This document shows positions 9,625 through 22,036 of a DNA stretch of 64,000 nt, in pieces. This DNA is from Magallana gigas (lineage: Eukaryota): assembly GCF_963853765.1 (NCBI RefSeq), contig NC_088854.1, positions 45,942,001 to 46,006,000 on the forward strand, in the 5' to 3' direction. Below the pieces are notes generated by a model. That model was not told where the DNA came from and ran no database searches. It was given only the letters and a program-made list of their open reading frames with translations. The position numbers and the translations under genes are program-made. Positions within the stretch are counted from its first letter, which is position 1. Each line of letters begins with the position of its first letter.

Positions 9625-12508
9625 ATGGAGATGTTTAATAAGCTATTTAAGAATAGTGAGTCTTTATTAAATTACTATATGATTTTATCAATACTTTTTG
9701 AATACATTTTTGTGGATTTCATTAATTATTTGATTCATGGGATTGAAATTGAAATTTAACAAATCGAAATTTTATTGATTCATGGGATCAATTAAATCTA
9801 AGCATATTCCACTGAAAGGATTATTGTAATTTTTGTATCCTTGAAACTGTCATTTGCAGTAAATCTATAAAAATTGGTACCCACAAATATTAATGCAACC
9901 ACAGGATTTTAGATTATCTGATTTATAACTTTGTTAGATGAAATGTAAGAATAATTTAGTACAAGTATATTAAACAGACAATTTAGAAATAAGAGATTTT
10001 AAATAATCGAGGTCAATGTAGAAATCATTATGTTCACTCAGCTTTCACATGTACCAGTACTTAGCCCATCAAATATATAAAATAATGTAGAGTTGTAGAT
10101 AAATGACATTCAAGATCCTCTTTTAGTACAAAATGAACGTGATTATCATATCAATAAGACATATGCAATATATTACAGACTAATATGATATATCATCTTG
10201 GCTAAAACAAAGCATCTTTAATCAAACTAATTTGCTTATACTGATAATTGACAAGCTAATTAGCATTTCAGTCCAACACTTTGCTAAGTAATAAAGTGTG
10301 ATGCGTTGAATTTACCAGTATTGTAAAGAAATTTTTAGACACTGTTGATGAACTTTTAACTGTAACAGTTAAAATCTATGCAACTCCCATTGACGGCAGT
10401 TTATTTTTGGCAATTACTTCCCTGTTTCTTGCTCAATGCAATGTACACACTTGCACACATTACATAAGGAATAAGGAATCATTCTTCGAGTATTATGAGG
10501 TGATAATTTTGGTCGGGGCATGATCAAATCCAATAAAGCCCGAAGGGCTTTATTGTAGATTTGAACACGCCCCGACCGAAATTATCACCTTATAATATTC
10601 AAAGAATGATTCCTTATTACTTATATTTATATGATTTTAAGCCATCGTACGATTAAACATTTAAATATAAATAAGCAAACCCCCCTGGCGCCTCAATTTG
10701 GCGTCATTTGTATTATGGGTTATATAGTACAAAATCGATAGGTAGTGTTATCATAGGCAAAGACACTGGAAAACGTAAATATATGTATTTAATGCTATTT
10801 TTTTTCATATTATGATTTGTATTAACATTGTTACCCTTGTAGTCTGTATAATTGAATACTCATGCAATCTCATATGGAAGGAAATAAAAATTGAGTGAAT
10901 GAATCATCCAAGATCATTGTAAGTAATTTTGAAATTGTAGAGGCATCTAAGTCAAACTGGGTGTGCCATAAGTGTAAAAATGAGGTGGACCAAGGAGAAA
11001 AATGCAAAACATGTCATAGATGGTTTAATAAGAAAAAAGATGAAGAAGTAAACTGTGCAAGAAATGAACAAAATACAAAAGAAGCATTGGATGGGGCCAC
11101 TGGTAATTCTGGTGATGATCAATTAAGTAGAATAAATTGTGATGTCGGCGGAGAAAGAGGGATTGAAACAGTCAATAGTAGTGGATGGACTTGTAAGATC
11201 TGCTACATAAGTGGGAATCAAAGTACTGAATGTAAGATGTGTAAACAAACCAAAAAGGATTTGAGTGACGAAGATAACATCAAGAATAGAAGGAAGAGGA
11301 AGAACCTCAACAGAAGCAGGCTCAAGGCGGGTCACAGTGTAAGAGTGAAGGACGAACTGGATAAGCAGAGAAAAGTTGCTAGGGATATTGCCAGAAACAT
11401 TACAGATTATTGCAACAAGGTAAAATTAAGCACTGGTTTTTTGTTAAGAATTAAAACTAATTTTAAAAAAAGAAGTACCGGTAATGATAAATCAATTTTT
11501 TAACCGGGTTTTCCAACGGAAAAATTCGGTTATTAAAATGGTGAAAATGGCGGGTTGGTGGGTAGGTGGCTGCTAAAAGGGTACCCTCATTGTACGGATA
11601 ACTTCTCCTACAGTTTTCAAGATTGGAAGTTATTCTTATGCAGATCAATTGTACATATATCAGAGGTGTGCATATTGCTAGGATTTTGATTTCTGTTTAT
11701 TTATGAAAAAAATACCAGCTTTTGAACTTAGTCATTTTTTGACCAAACATATCATATAGGGTACCCTAATTGTACGGATAACTCCTCCTACAGTTTTCAA
11801 GATAAGAAGTTGTTCTTTTGCAGATCAATTAGAGGTGTGCATATTGCTAGGATTTTGATTTCTGATAATTTATGAAAAAAATACCAGCTTTTGAACTTAG
11901 TCATTTTTTGACCAAACATATCATATAGGGTACCCTCATTGTACGGATAACTCCTCCTACAGTTTTCAAGATAGGAAGTTGTTCTTTTGCGGATCACTTG
12001 TACATATATTAGAGGTGTGCATATTGCTAGGATTTTGATTTCTGATAATTTATGAAAAAAATACCAGCTTTAGAACTTAGTCATTTTTTGACAAAATATT
12101 GAATATAGGGTACTCCATTTCACTGGATACGGTTGGTAGTGTTTATCAATTCAGGGTTGACATGGATTATGGATACAGTTCAAATAAAAGAAAACCTGGT
12201 TTGCTGTCACATTGACAGCTTTTCACTTGTTTTTTATTGGATTAAATCAATGCTGCTCTTTAATTTATTGCAGAATAATATTCATTATGAAGACAAGGGC
12301 TTTCCTGATTCAAATGCCCCTAAACGAGATGAAGGGCAATGGCAAAGAATAGGCCAAATTCAGGACAAAAGCTGTAAAGGAAAAGAATCTTGGACCATTT
12401 TCCGGAACCCCAGTCCTGATGATGCTATACAGGGGGAAGCAGAAAACTGTTGGTATGGAAGTCCTTATATTGCAATAAAGCTACGATAAATAGATGTCTA
12501 TTTCATGC

Positions 12509-12539
<31 letters not shown>

Positions 12540-15099
12540 TTGCCTATCCTTGTTTCTTGAAACATTTCCAAAGGTGAACACGCCTGAAATGCATGCTTGA
12601 AAAAAGCATGCATGAAAAACATTTTTTAGATGACCATGAATAAAGTCACCAGTTACAAACAATGAATCAATATTCATTGTATTTGAGAAGTCTCACTGGG
12701 GCCAAGTTTGAAAATGACTGTAAAAGGTTAAAATGAAAATAATCTATATTATCATAATATGTGAAGCTTTTTGTTGTTTAAAGTTATAAGGATTTTTTCC
12801 CCATTGAATGTGTAGAATTTTTTGAAATAGTTTTCATTCACCCATCCCATTTTTCAGGTTTCTGTGTGCAGTAAGTTTATTAGCTCAGAAAGGAGAACTT
12901 CTTAGAGACATTTTCATCACTGAGAATTTTTGTGAAGAGGGTTTGTACCAGGTTCGCCTGTGTAGGGATGGAAACTGGAAGACTGTGATTGTGGATGACC
13001 GCTTTCCCTGTGATGAAAAAGGAAATCTGAAATATTCTAGAGTAAGTACAATGCATGTTTATATATATCTAAGAAATCTCCTTTTTTCTTAGATTCATCT
13101 AATAACTCGCTTCATATAAGCACAATATTACCACATCTTGCCCTTTGTAAGAATTTTTTATGATGAGACAAAAACTAAAATGTTTTTAAAATGTCAGAAT
13201 ATAATAATCTTTATGTCTGATTCCAGCCTCAAAACAAACAGTTGTGGGTAATGCTGTTAGAAAAGGCGGCAGCTAAACTTTATGGAGGTTACAAAGCACT
13301 GCACTCTGGTCTAGTGGTAGAGTCCCTGACCATGCTGACAGGGGAGCCATGTGAACACATTGACCTCGAAGGTTAGTCAACAGCTCTCTGTGAATCAAAG
13401 TACTGAAAGAGTATAAAGGCATAAGACTAAAACTGTCCAGTATGTCAGATATTGTACAGTCCTCAGTGAGCACAAAATATGATTTAGTGGACAGAATCAG
13501 GCCTATAATAATTATGCAAACAACCAACAGTTTTAACAGGAGAAATCCTACACAATATTGAATTTGAATAAACACCAACTTAAAAGAATGTGAAACTTGT
13601 TCAGTGTTGCCACTTGTTGGGCCCCCAACTTTGTGATATGTGATATTTTTGGTTTATATTTTATTTGAAGGATCTGATGTAGAGAAGAAAGATGACAACA
13701 AACTTAAATTAGATCGTGACAAACTTTGGACTGAATTGAAGGATTGGCACTCCTTTAGGTATAGTCTAGACTGCCATAGTGTCTCTCTATTTATCAAAAT
13801 ATTTTTGCATATGCAATCCTATTGTTTGTTTCATTAAGAGTGATTTTTCTTATCCCTGCAACATCAACAATTTGGAGACAGTGATTAGTATCACTCGAGT
13901 ACTCGACTATCGCTCGGTCACACCGATCATTGATTAAAATTTTCTTAGTCAATTAATCGTTATAAAGTGAGGAAACAATTTCAAAACCTTTTTTTTTATA
14001 ATGCGGCAGTTTTGGGGCTTCGAATAAAAAAATAGTTTTCTTTTCTCGGCATTTTTAATCACGTTACACTCGGTTGAATCGAATGGGTGTCCCTAGTACA
14101 TTTTTAAGCTGCTACAAATTGATCTCTGTTGAATTTGTAGGTGAAATTGTTGTTTTAAATAGAAGTACTTATGCAAACATGTTCTTAAAGAGATCAATTT
14201 GTGGTTCTCCTAAACAGTTATTTATTGTATTAGATGTTTGTATTAATCAAAAATTTTAATCATATCAACTCAAGGCGTTTGTTTTTATACCACCATTAAA
14301 TTTAATTGTTGATTTGGCACGGCACGGGACAATGACTTAACATGAAACAGGTCACATTTGATTTGCCTAAAATGATATGGAGCTCAATTATGTGTAAGCA
14401 TCACAAGAAAAAAGAAAAATTAGGACATTAGCTAACGGATATCTAGATAAAATGTTTTTTAAATTTATTTGAAATCAAATACATCTATAGAGCGTATTAT
14501 CATAAGTTTTTAAATCACTATGTTTATTATGGATAATGGTTAAGATACAGTGAATGTGATAGTAGAATAAGCACACACAGTTTCAAATAAATAAATGAGT
14601 ACTGGACTATTGCTCAACTAAAGGCTCCGATTAACCGACTAAGCCAACCGAGTAAAATTGACATCTCTAGTAATTTTCAATGGTTTTATGGCACTTTTAG
14701 GTTTACCTTGGGTTACCTGTCAACTTGAAGATTTGTAAACGCTAACTGTATGATAAATCATTATTTTATAAGAAAAATTACCTCCTTAGCTAACAAAAAC
14801 TTTGGGTTATCTTTTCTGTTGATAAGAAAATTGATTTCTTGCATGAGATGTTTTATTTCAGTCTGATACACATATTAATAGTATTAAAGCAATATCATCT
14901 ATAAATGCATCCTGATTCCTTTGAACATTCTGAAAGTATGAAATAATGATTATATGATATATGATTTTGATTTTTTTTTTTTACAAATTATCCAGGTATT
15001 TGATAGGAATAAGTACTCCAGAAGATTTACAGCAGGGGGAACTGGAGTCTTCTCATTGTTATCCTGTTCTTGAAGTTCAGGAGATGAATGACAAAAAGT

Positions 15100-15174
<75 letters not shown>

Positions 15175-17930
15175 ACCAGTCAAATCTGAATTAAATTTAT
15201 TCTGATCTATTTTAAACAACAGGCTCTTGAAACTGTGGACATGTTCAGACCACAATCACTGTATCACTGGATGTTTGAAAAACAACGCTGATCTTCAGAA
15301 GGAGAAGAAAAGATTGTTACGAAACTTAAAGAAAGGAGAGTTTTGGATTTCATTTGAGGATGAATTTACAAAGTAAACTGTAACATTATATTTTGTAATT
15401 AGTTTCAAATATTTTGCATGTATCTTTCTGATTGCATTTTTATCCACCTCTCTATACTTGGTAATTTATTCTGCTTACAGATACTTCAACAGCCTGTCCG
15501 TCTGTAAAACAGATGAGGGATGGTTTGAATCTCGCTTTAAAGGTGTGTTTCCTCCCATCTTGAGTAAAGAGTGGAAGTACTACTCCTTTAGACTTGTGAA
15601 TGACACCAAACTAAAACTTGGACTATTTCAGAAAAGCATGAGGTAATTATCATCTCTTCTTTCCATATGGTTATTTAAAAGGTGTCATTCTTCTTTGTAG
15701 AATACCACATTAAATAAGTGGAATCTATAATAATGACATATTTATTGATGAACATGTAGAAAAACCCAGAATGAGATACCAGTTTATATGCCTATTTCTA
15801 ATTCAAACTTGAAAAATAATACTAGTAAATAGCAAAATACCAAATAGTAATAAAGAACACCTTTTAAACATGTTCATTGTAATTGAATATAAAGAAACCT
15901 TTAAAAACTTTGGAAAACATTAACTGACATAGGATATCAATAAGATATTCATGCTGTCACTCAGCATAGGACCTCCATTTAATGTAAGTCTGCTGTATTA
16001 TGACCCTGATCTTTGCCATTTGACCTTGTCTCAAACATGACCTTGACCTTTATTTGTCCATGTATTTCAACTAAGACAAATGCTTACTAATTAGTTCAAA
16101 TATTGAAACCATGCAATACTGATAACATAATTTTACAGAGGAACAGGTTTAAAGATACCAGAAACCTTCACAGATCTACTGATTATGGTGCTGAGGAACC
16201 AAGATGATGGTTCTGGACACCCATTTAAGGCAGCCCCACTGTTTTCTGAGGTCATTAGCTACAGTAAGAGGCGGGCCAGAAGCCTGACAACCTGTAATGT
16301 AGACCTTACCCAGGGTAGTTACACAGTGGCCTGTTTTTCATTCGGAAAGTTAAGACAAGGTCAGTGCTAACATAGATTACATTAAAAAGTAAGTGATGGT
16401 ATAACTGGACTTTCATTGATACATGATGAAAGTGCATATATTGAATGAGTATAAAATGTTCTGTGCATCAATTTTTTGCAGTTTTTTTTCTTTTTTATCT
16501 TTATGATTATAAACTTCATATTTTTGTACCTTTCAAATAATTTTTATTGAAACTTAATTAAGGCAAAGAGTTGTAATTCAGTAAGGTAGGTGAAACACTA
16601 AACATATATTGTACACTATTATTTTTCTTCCTACTACTTTTATGCCCCAAATCAAATCTTTAACTCTGTCTTCCTCATAAGTTTTGAACAAACAAATCAG
16701 TTTATTTTGTTACATACTTAATCTCCCAAGAAAGAGATAAGTACTATGTTATTTTAACAACATATCTATTGTTTGGAAATGAGACACTCCGAAGGTACTA
16801 TATACACTTACTCTGTCATACATTGAATAGCATGGAATAGGTCTCAGTTGGGGCTGCTGTTTAACCTTCAGACTTGAGGTCCTGATATAGGACAGTATCT
16901 GCATCTGTATTTCCCTTGCTTGACCTTTTGCATCTATTTGCTTGACTGTGAACACAAGATATGAAGCATGCATTCAATGTCTGTATGCTGATGAGTTATT
17001 ATGCATTCTTCACTGTACTTAAATTTCTGTAGCATATTATTTACTGTTTTCCAACTTCTCTGACAGACAATGATGTTGAGGTTGAAGACTATGTCAGTTA
17101 CACCTTAAGCATACACAGTTCTGTCCAGTTGCTGTTCATGGATGAATGTGAAGTCAATGCCTCTGGCTTTCCAGAGCTCATGTATGCCCCTGCCGATGCT
17201 CTCATTACATTGGCAAAACAGAGCAAGATCAAAGAATATGATGCAGACATAGGTCAGAGTGATATCAGGCTAAGTCATGTAAGTCATTAATTTGATTTTT
17301 GAAGATTTGAGAGGATGGAGTTTGAAATGCTAAATCATTTTATACATAGATAGCTTGAGCATACATGTATTTCATGCATATTTTAAGATTTTACATCAGC
17401 ATATATTTTATGTTTCTCATATAGATTGCGGATGGTGTGTATTGTGTGATGTTCATGTTCTATGGAGAAATTTGTGTCTTTATCAACGAGACAACAGAAG
17501 GTTATAGTTATATCAGGCACTATGGACCCAGTGAATACATCATGAGTGTTAGGCATAGAATGAAGACCACCGATTTCATTCCACCTAAATCAGGGTAAAT
17601 TATTTTAGCACTGTTAGTATACAATTGACATATTTATTTATATAACGTACATGTGTGTATCTAGAGGTAATTTTGTGATTGATGGAATAATAGTCATTCA
17701 TCCTTGCAGTGAGAGTTGTCTTTCTTGCCATAGGAATCATTAACCTTAATGGATTTCTTTTCAGACGCGTTATAAATATAGTGACTCCACAAAGCCCTGA
17801 GACTTCATGGAAGATTGCGGCTCAGAAGAATTTCTTGAAGTCAGAACCACTAGAAAGTAGTCCCCCAGTTCCAGACACATTGGAAGGTCTCCTGACACCA
17901 AGACCCATCCCTGAAATTACTTCATCATGA
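9625..17930 (+). CDS. CAPN15: Calpain-15 / small optic lobes (SOL)-like protein: RanBP2-type Zn fingers, calpain protease core, SOL-type C-terminus; divergent active site
   Basis: Phase-consistent GT-AG exons: 9625-9655 (tentative first exon), 10941-11419, 12274-12452, 12858-13041, 13227-13371, 13671-13758, 14996-15097, 15223-15372, 15481-15642, 16139-16359, 17067-17278, 17425-17594, 17765-17930. Motifs: WVCHKC and WTCKIC zinc fingers, QGEAENCWFL, WKTVIVDDRFP, QLWVMLLEKAAAKLYGGY, HCYPVLEV, GEFWISFED, C-terminal GLLTPRPIP. The symbol means family-level resemblance; this may be a paralogue. Confidence 0.85.
10470..10618. mobile_element. Imperfect ~150-bp palindromic element, probable non-autonomous transposon end (family not assigned)
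   Basis: Arms AATAAGGAATCATTCTT...AATAAAGCCC and GGGCTTTATT...AAGAATGATTCCTTATT around a GAA loop, in calpain intron 1. Confidence 0.65.
11496..12143 (+). mobile_element. Helentron/Helitron-like non-autonomous element carrying three satellite-like monomers
   Basis: 5' T-run and hairpin AACCGGGTTTTCC-AAC-GGAAAAATTCGGTT, then a degenerate GGGTTGGTGGGTAGG microsatellite, then monomers starting AGGGTAC at 11578, 11758, 11927 and 12107 (180, 169, 180 bp), then a small 3' hairpin TCCA-TTTCAC-TGGA. This layout matches HINE-type elements described in bivalves. Confidence 0.7.
15103..15171. repeat. (TC)n microsatellite, about 34 units
   Basis: Pure TC run starting a few bases after the donor of calpain exon 14996-15097. 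Confidence 0.98.
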
Positions 17931-20445
17931 TAGTTTATTATTGAAACCTGATTGGTTGTAAAAAGTGGCATTTGACTTTGCCTGCGAAAGGTTAATCTTT
18001 GATTTATGTTAAATAGAGCATTTTATTTAAAAAAAAAAATGAGATATGTGAAAATCATAAGTAGATGTAGTTTTCATTGCTTTTATAAGGCATTTTTTTT
18101 TTAACGATATACTAAGGTATTCGATGTATAACGACCACATTTTGTACCTTATAAATGAATGGTCCGATATTCTTAATCATGATATCATTTTGAAGGTGTT
18201 ATCAAATAAAAATACTCCACCAAAGGAATTTTCAAAATTTTGATTATGGTCCAACTAATTACACCTTGAATTTTGCATTGAAGTATATGGGCAATGTATG
18301 TTTTATTAAGATATTGTAAAAAGTAACTTAAAATTCGTAAAACTCTTTTGGTTAATACATGCACAAACTTTCTCTTTATTTAAATATGAAATAAAATGAA
18401 TTATTTACCGCAGATATTTTGACGAAATTAAAGTTTTCTTTTTTTCATCACGGGGAGATAACTCTTTAAAAAAAAATTAAAGTGCGAAATTACCGTCTCC
18501 TTATATGTTGTCTGTCATGTGAATTTGTTTCATGTCACTTTCATAGTTATCTTGCAATACATATTTAACTAGTTTAAAATGATTCAAAATTGTTCAATAT
18601 CCCGTCATTATACATTGAATACCTTAAACAGTTCATTGCTTACTAATTTTTAAAATGTCATCTGAAGCTGTAATTTGATAGCATTTACACTGTTTTGCCT
18701 TTTGTAGGTGAACCACATGAACAAACCACAAACTATATGTGCTCAAATTTACCCAAATGAAAATTGATGCAATTGTTTTACATCCCACACTTATTGAGTA
18801 AAATGTTATTTTTGGAATCATTGTTATTTAGATGTGTTAGGAAAGGTTGAAACGGCCAAACTGGATGATTTATGTCAGCATAGAATGTGGTTGTGAGATG
18901 AAGTGTACAAATTTTGAGAAAATTGAGAGAAAGTCATAGAGTAACTGAAATATCTCTAAAGTGTATGCATATATTTGCTTGATCATGGAGTTATAGTTTG
19001 TATACTGACCAGTAATAGATAACTTATAGATATTCATATAAATTAAACTATATTATGTGATGTCCCTAGAGCTTCATTTCAATAGACACTTAATCATGTT
19101 TTATTGCTAATTTTTACTATATTCAGAATTATTTTAGATAATTACATTATATACATGTACATTTATTAATTTTTTTGGTGCCTAGGTCACACTGACTTTA
19201 AAAGTATGAATTGGTTTGTTGTACATTTGAATTTTGTGCAATCTTTATATGTTAGAAAGCATTATTTGCCATTTTTCTGTATTAATTGATGAAATTATAG
19301 AGCTTCCAAAATATACCTGTGTGCCCATATAAACTGTGTTTGAACAGTTAACAAATTTTTTTACAACCGTTTGGCATAAATGAAATATAAACTGTCTGCA
19401 AAAAATACATGTAATTCCGCTGCCAAAAGTTATTGCTTAAATTATGTATGGCAAGACCAATGATGCAAAGAGCATGTGTGAAACTTAAAAAATAACCTGA
19501 ACAGAATATTAAAAGTAGAACTTAGTACTAAAATAAATTCTATAAATTCTGTATGTTATTAATTCATTTTTTTCATTGTAAATTAGCAAATTAATTCTGA
19601 TACAACAGCATTAGGAACAAATTGAATAAATGTTCATATTTTGAGTGCATGAAATTGACACAATTTGCCTCAAATTTTTGGAATCGCCCATATGAAAAAA
19701 AACAACCTTTTTTTCTATGACATACAGGACCTCAAAGATTTACAATTATTTTTCAATGAAAACCTGCAGTGTGGTGACTTTGTTTTAAGTACCGTGTAAA
19801 AAATTGAATTGTCCTAGTCTTGCAATAGTGTGGTTTAAAATTTAACAATGTTTCCATTTTAAAAAATAAATTTTGTGAGAAAACACAAATTTGTCATGTA
19901 TTCTGTTATCTGTTTGGTTTGAATCATCTCTATTGCTTTATTTAGCATAAAGTTTCATTTGAGCAGTAAAATGTTTTCTTTAGGTGACTAGTTCATGTGG
20001 TTATTGCAAAAAACAACAACAACTCATGTCAGCGTGTTATGTTGGTTTTTTTTGTTACCTTCTTACATCAAAAAGAAAACAATTATAAACACATATATAA
20101 ACACATAATTTTTGCCGGAATTATATACACGCACCTCTTAATGACGTTTTAACAACGTGAAATGAATAGTTTGGAAATTCGTCAATATCCAGATGACTAG
20201 CTGATTTTTCCGAGATTACTACTATTTGACAAACAGTTCGTTGTGTATTTGAAACGCAAGGCACCTAGACGCCAGTCAGACGTAAATGACGTTGGAACCA
20301 AATATAAACTATATTACTACGCCGTGAAGACGTTGTGAGTCTTTTGGAAATAATAACAAATAATAACCACATGTTGGAAATAACTTTTCGGATATAAAAT
20401 AATGTATTTGATTTGAATTCCTGTAACATTTAAATTATTTAGCGT

Positions 20446-21627
20446 CTACATATCGTCATCGTCGTCGCTGGACTCGTCAGAGGACAAGATGACCGGCTGA
20501 TAGTCCGGACGGAAATTATCTGCCGTTGTCACGGTGTCACGTGAACTGAAATCAAACTTCAGATTTTTGAAAGTGAGGCTTTTTAGATCCAAGTTACCCA
20601 CATGCCTGTTGTACTCATCTTCCGGAGTTCCGGGTACTTGCTCGTATTTAATACCTGATATTTCCTTCATCGCTGCCCTGAGTCTCAGTGTATAATAGTC
20701 TCTGTCTTCAATGTCATCCACTACCAAGTCATTCAAGGTGTCTACAAACTCTTGGATTTTCTGGTCATAATTCAAAGACTTGGTCGCTTTTAACTGTAAT
20801 TCGACAACATCGATTTTCTTCTCATCCTCAAAGAAACTGGAGGATTTCTTTCTGTGGTTCTCTTGTTCTGATGGCCGCCGTGACCCGGATGTTGCATCTT
20901 TGGTGACTTGCTGCAACAGGGACGGTCCGCATGTGTGAGGCCGCGCTTTCTGCTTCACCGGCAAATCTAACGTCAGTTTGTTGTTCTGTTTCTTTCCTTT
21001 GGTGGCAATACTCAGCTGGATGTCTTTTTTGAGGGGCAGGGATTGGACGCTGACTTCTACCTCCCGCTGTTGTGGACGACTCCCCGTGGTGGATGGTCGA
21101 TCTACGGTGGGCAGGGGTAGACCTGCTAGGGTACCTGTCGATCGTGACGTCATGCATTCACTGACAGAGTTGCTTCTCCGTCGAGTACCATTGCCGTCCA
21201 TAAATACGTCATCGACAAGTTCCTTTTGAGTGTCTTTTGGAATGGTGACTGTAATTTTTGGATGTTTTTTCTGTTTATTTTGCTGCGACTTTTTCCGGTT
21301 GCTCTGAAGTTTTGTGAGGAACTCGTAATCCTTTTCGACACTACCAAAATCAGTGTTTAATCCATGGAGATTTTTGGCCCGAAGTTCTCTTTCTATTTCT
21401 TTATTTCCATGCATGCGCGCCTCACATAATTTAGATCTATACAACTTATCCTGAAATCGTTTGAATAACACTTTTTGGTCTATTTTGATTCTATGAATTA
21501 CATTTTTCTCACTTCTTTCCAACACATGCATTTGTTTTTTCAATAAGATAGTTTCCTTCCAATTTGCATAATGCACTGATGGAGACTTTTCAGCATTTTC
21601 ACCCGTTTTCCATCCTTGCGATGTCAT
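20446..21627 (-). CDS. Uncharacterised intronless 393-aa protein; N-terminal predicted coiled coil, low-complexity basic/Ser-rich middle, acidic tail
   Basis: Long ORF with higher GC than its flanks. Helical heptad-like segment WKETILLKKQMHVLERSEKNVIHRIKIDQKVLFKRF is loosely reminiscent of CCDC190-like proteins (unverified). The true start is uncertain (see finding at 21599-21751). Confidence 0.7.
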   Translation of the reverse strand: MTSQGWKTGENAEKSPSVHYANWKETILLKKQMHVLERSEKNVIHRIKIDQKVLFKRFQDKLYRSKLCEARMHGNKEIERELRAKNLHGLNTDFGSVEKDYEFLTKLQSNRKKSQQNKQKKHPKITVTIPKDTQKELVDDVFMDGNGTRRRSNSVSECMTSRSTGTLAGLPLPTVDRPSTTGSRPQQREVEVSVQSLPLKKDIQLSIATKGKKQNNKLTLDLPVKQKARPHTCGPSLLQQVTKDATSGSRRPSEQENHRKKSSSFFEDEKKIDVVELQLKATKSLNYDQKIQEFVDTLNDLVVDDIEDRDYYTLRLRAAMKEISGIKYEQVPGTPEDEYNRHVGNLDLKSLTFKNLKFDFSSRDTVTTADNFRPDYQPVILSSDESSDDDDDM

Positions 21628-22036
21628 CTTGAACCTCTTGCGGCTTGACTGGCCGTGATTCTTTCAACATTTGTTTGTAGTGGGGTGCGTTTTTATCAGC
21701 TGTCGTTTGTACAATCTCTTGTTCTGTAACATAGTCGAGTACCTTTGTTTCTTATCGTGCAAAACGAATATATTCATTCCACTTTCATTTAATTTATGCG
21801 GCCATGGAAGTTCATTGATAACAACTGCTTTCACAAACGTGTAATTATCTTTAAGTCAACATAACTGCGATAGCTTACGTACAACTGTCGATTTACAGCT
21901 TCTAGAAGCCATTCCAATTCGGAAGTGTTATTTTTGCATGCTTTCGTACATGTTGGATTGAACCCCATAAGCCCCAAAAATACCTTTACGCTGAATTGCT
22001 TTATCCTTATCTATTGTTCTTGTGTCATGATTTATT

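Noticed and set aside
10862-10940. In-frame TGA (10892-10894) after upstream ATGs as readthrough/selenocysteine or a null allele of the calpain gene
   Set aside because: An acceptor at 10939-10940 joins in phase to exon 9625-9655 and skips the stop, so this stretch is most simply intronic.
14701-14730. Calpain exon candidate RFTLGYLST
   Set aside because: It hits a stop with no good donor; exon 14996-15097 fits phase and motif instead.
14950-15255. 101-aa ORF with an ER repeat
   Set aside because: This is a translation of the (TC)n microsatellite antisense to calpain exons.
20688-21347. Several overlapping ORFs inside the 393-aa gene (also 22050-22337 and 23334-23690 in the LRR gene)
   Set aside because: Antisense or alternate-frame shadows of a GC-richer CDS with no motif support.
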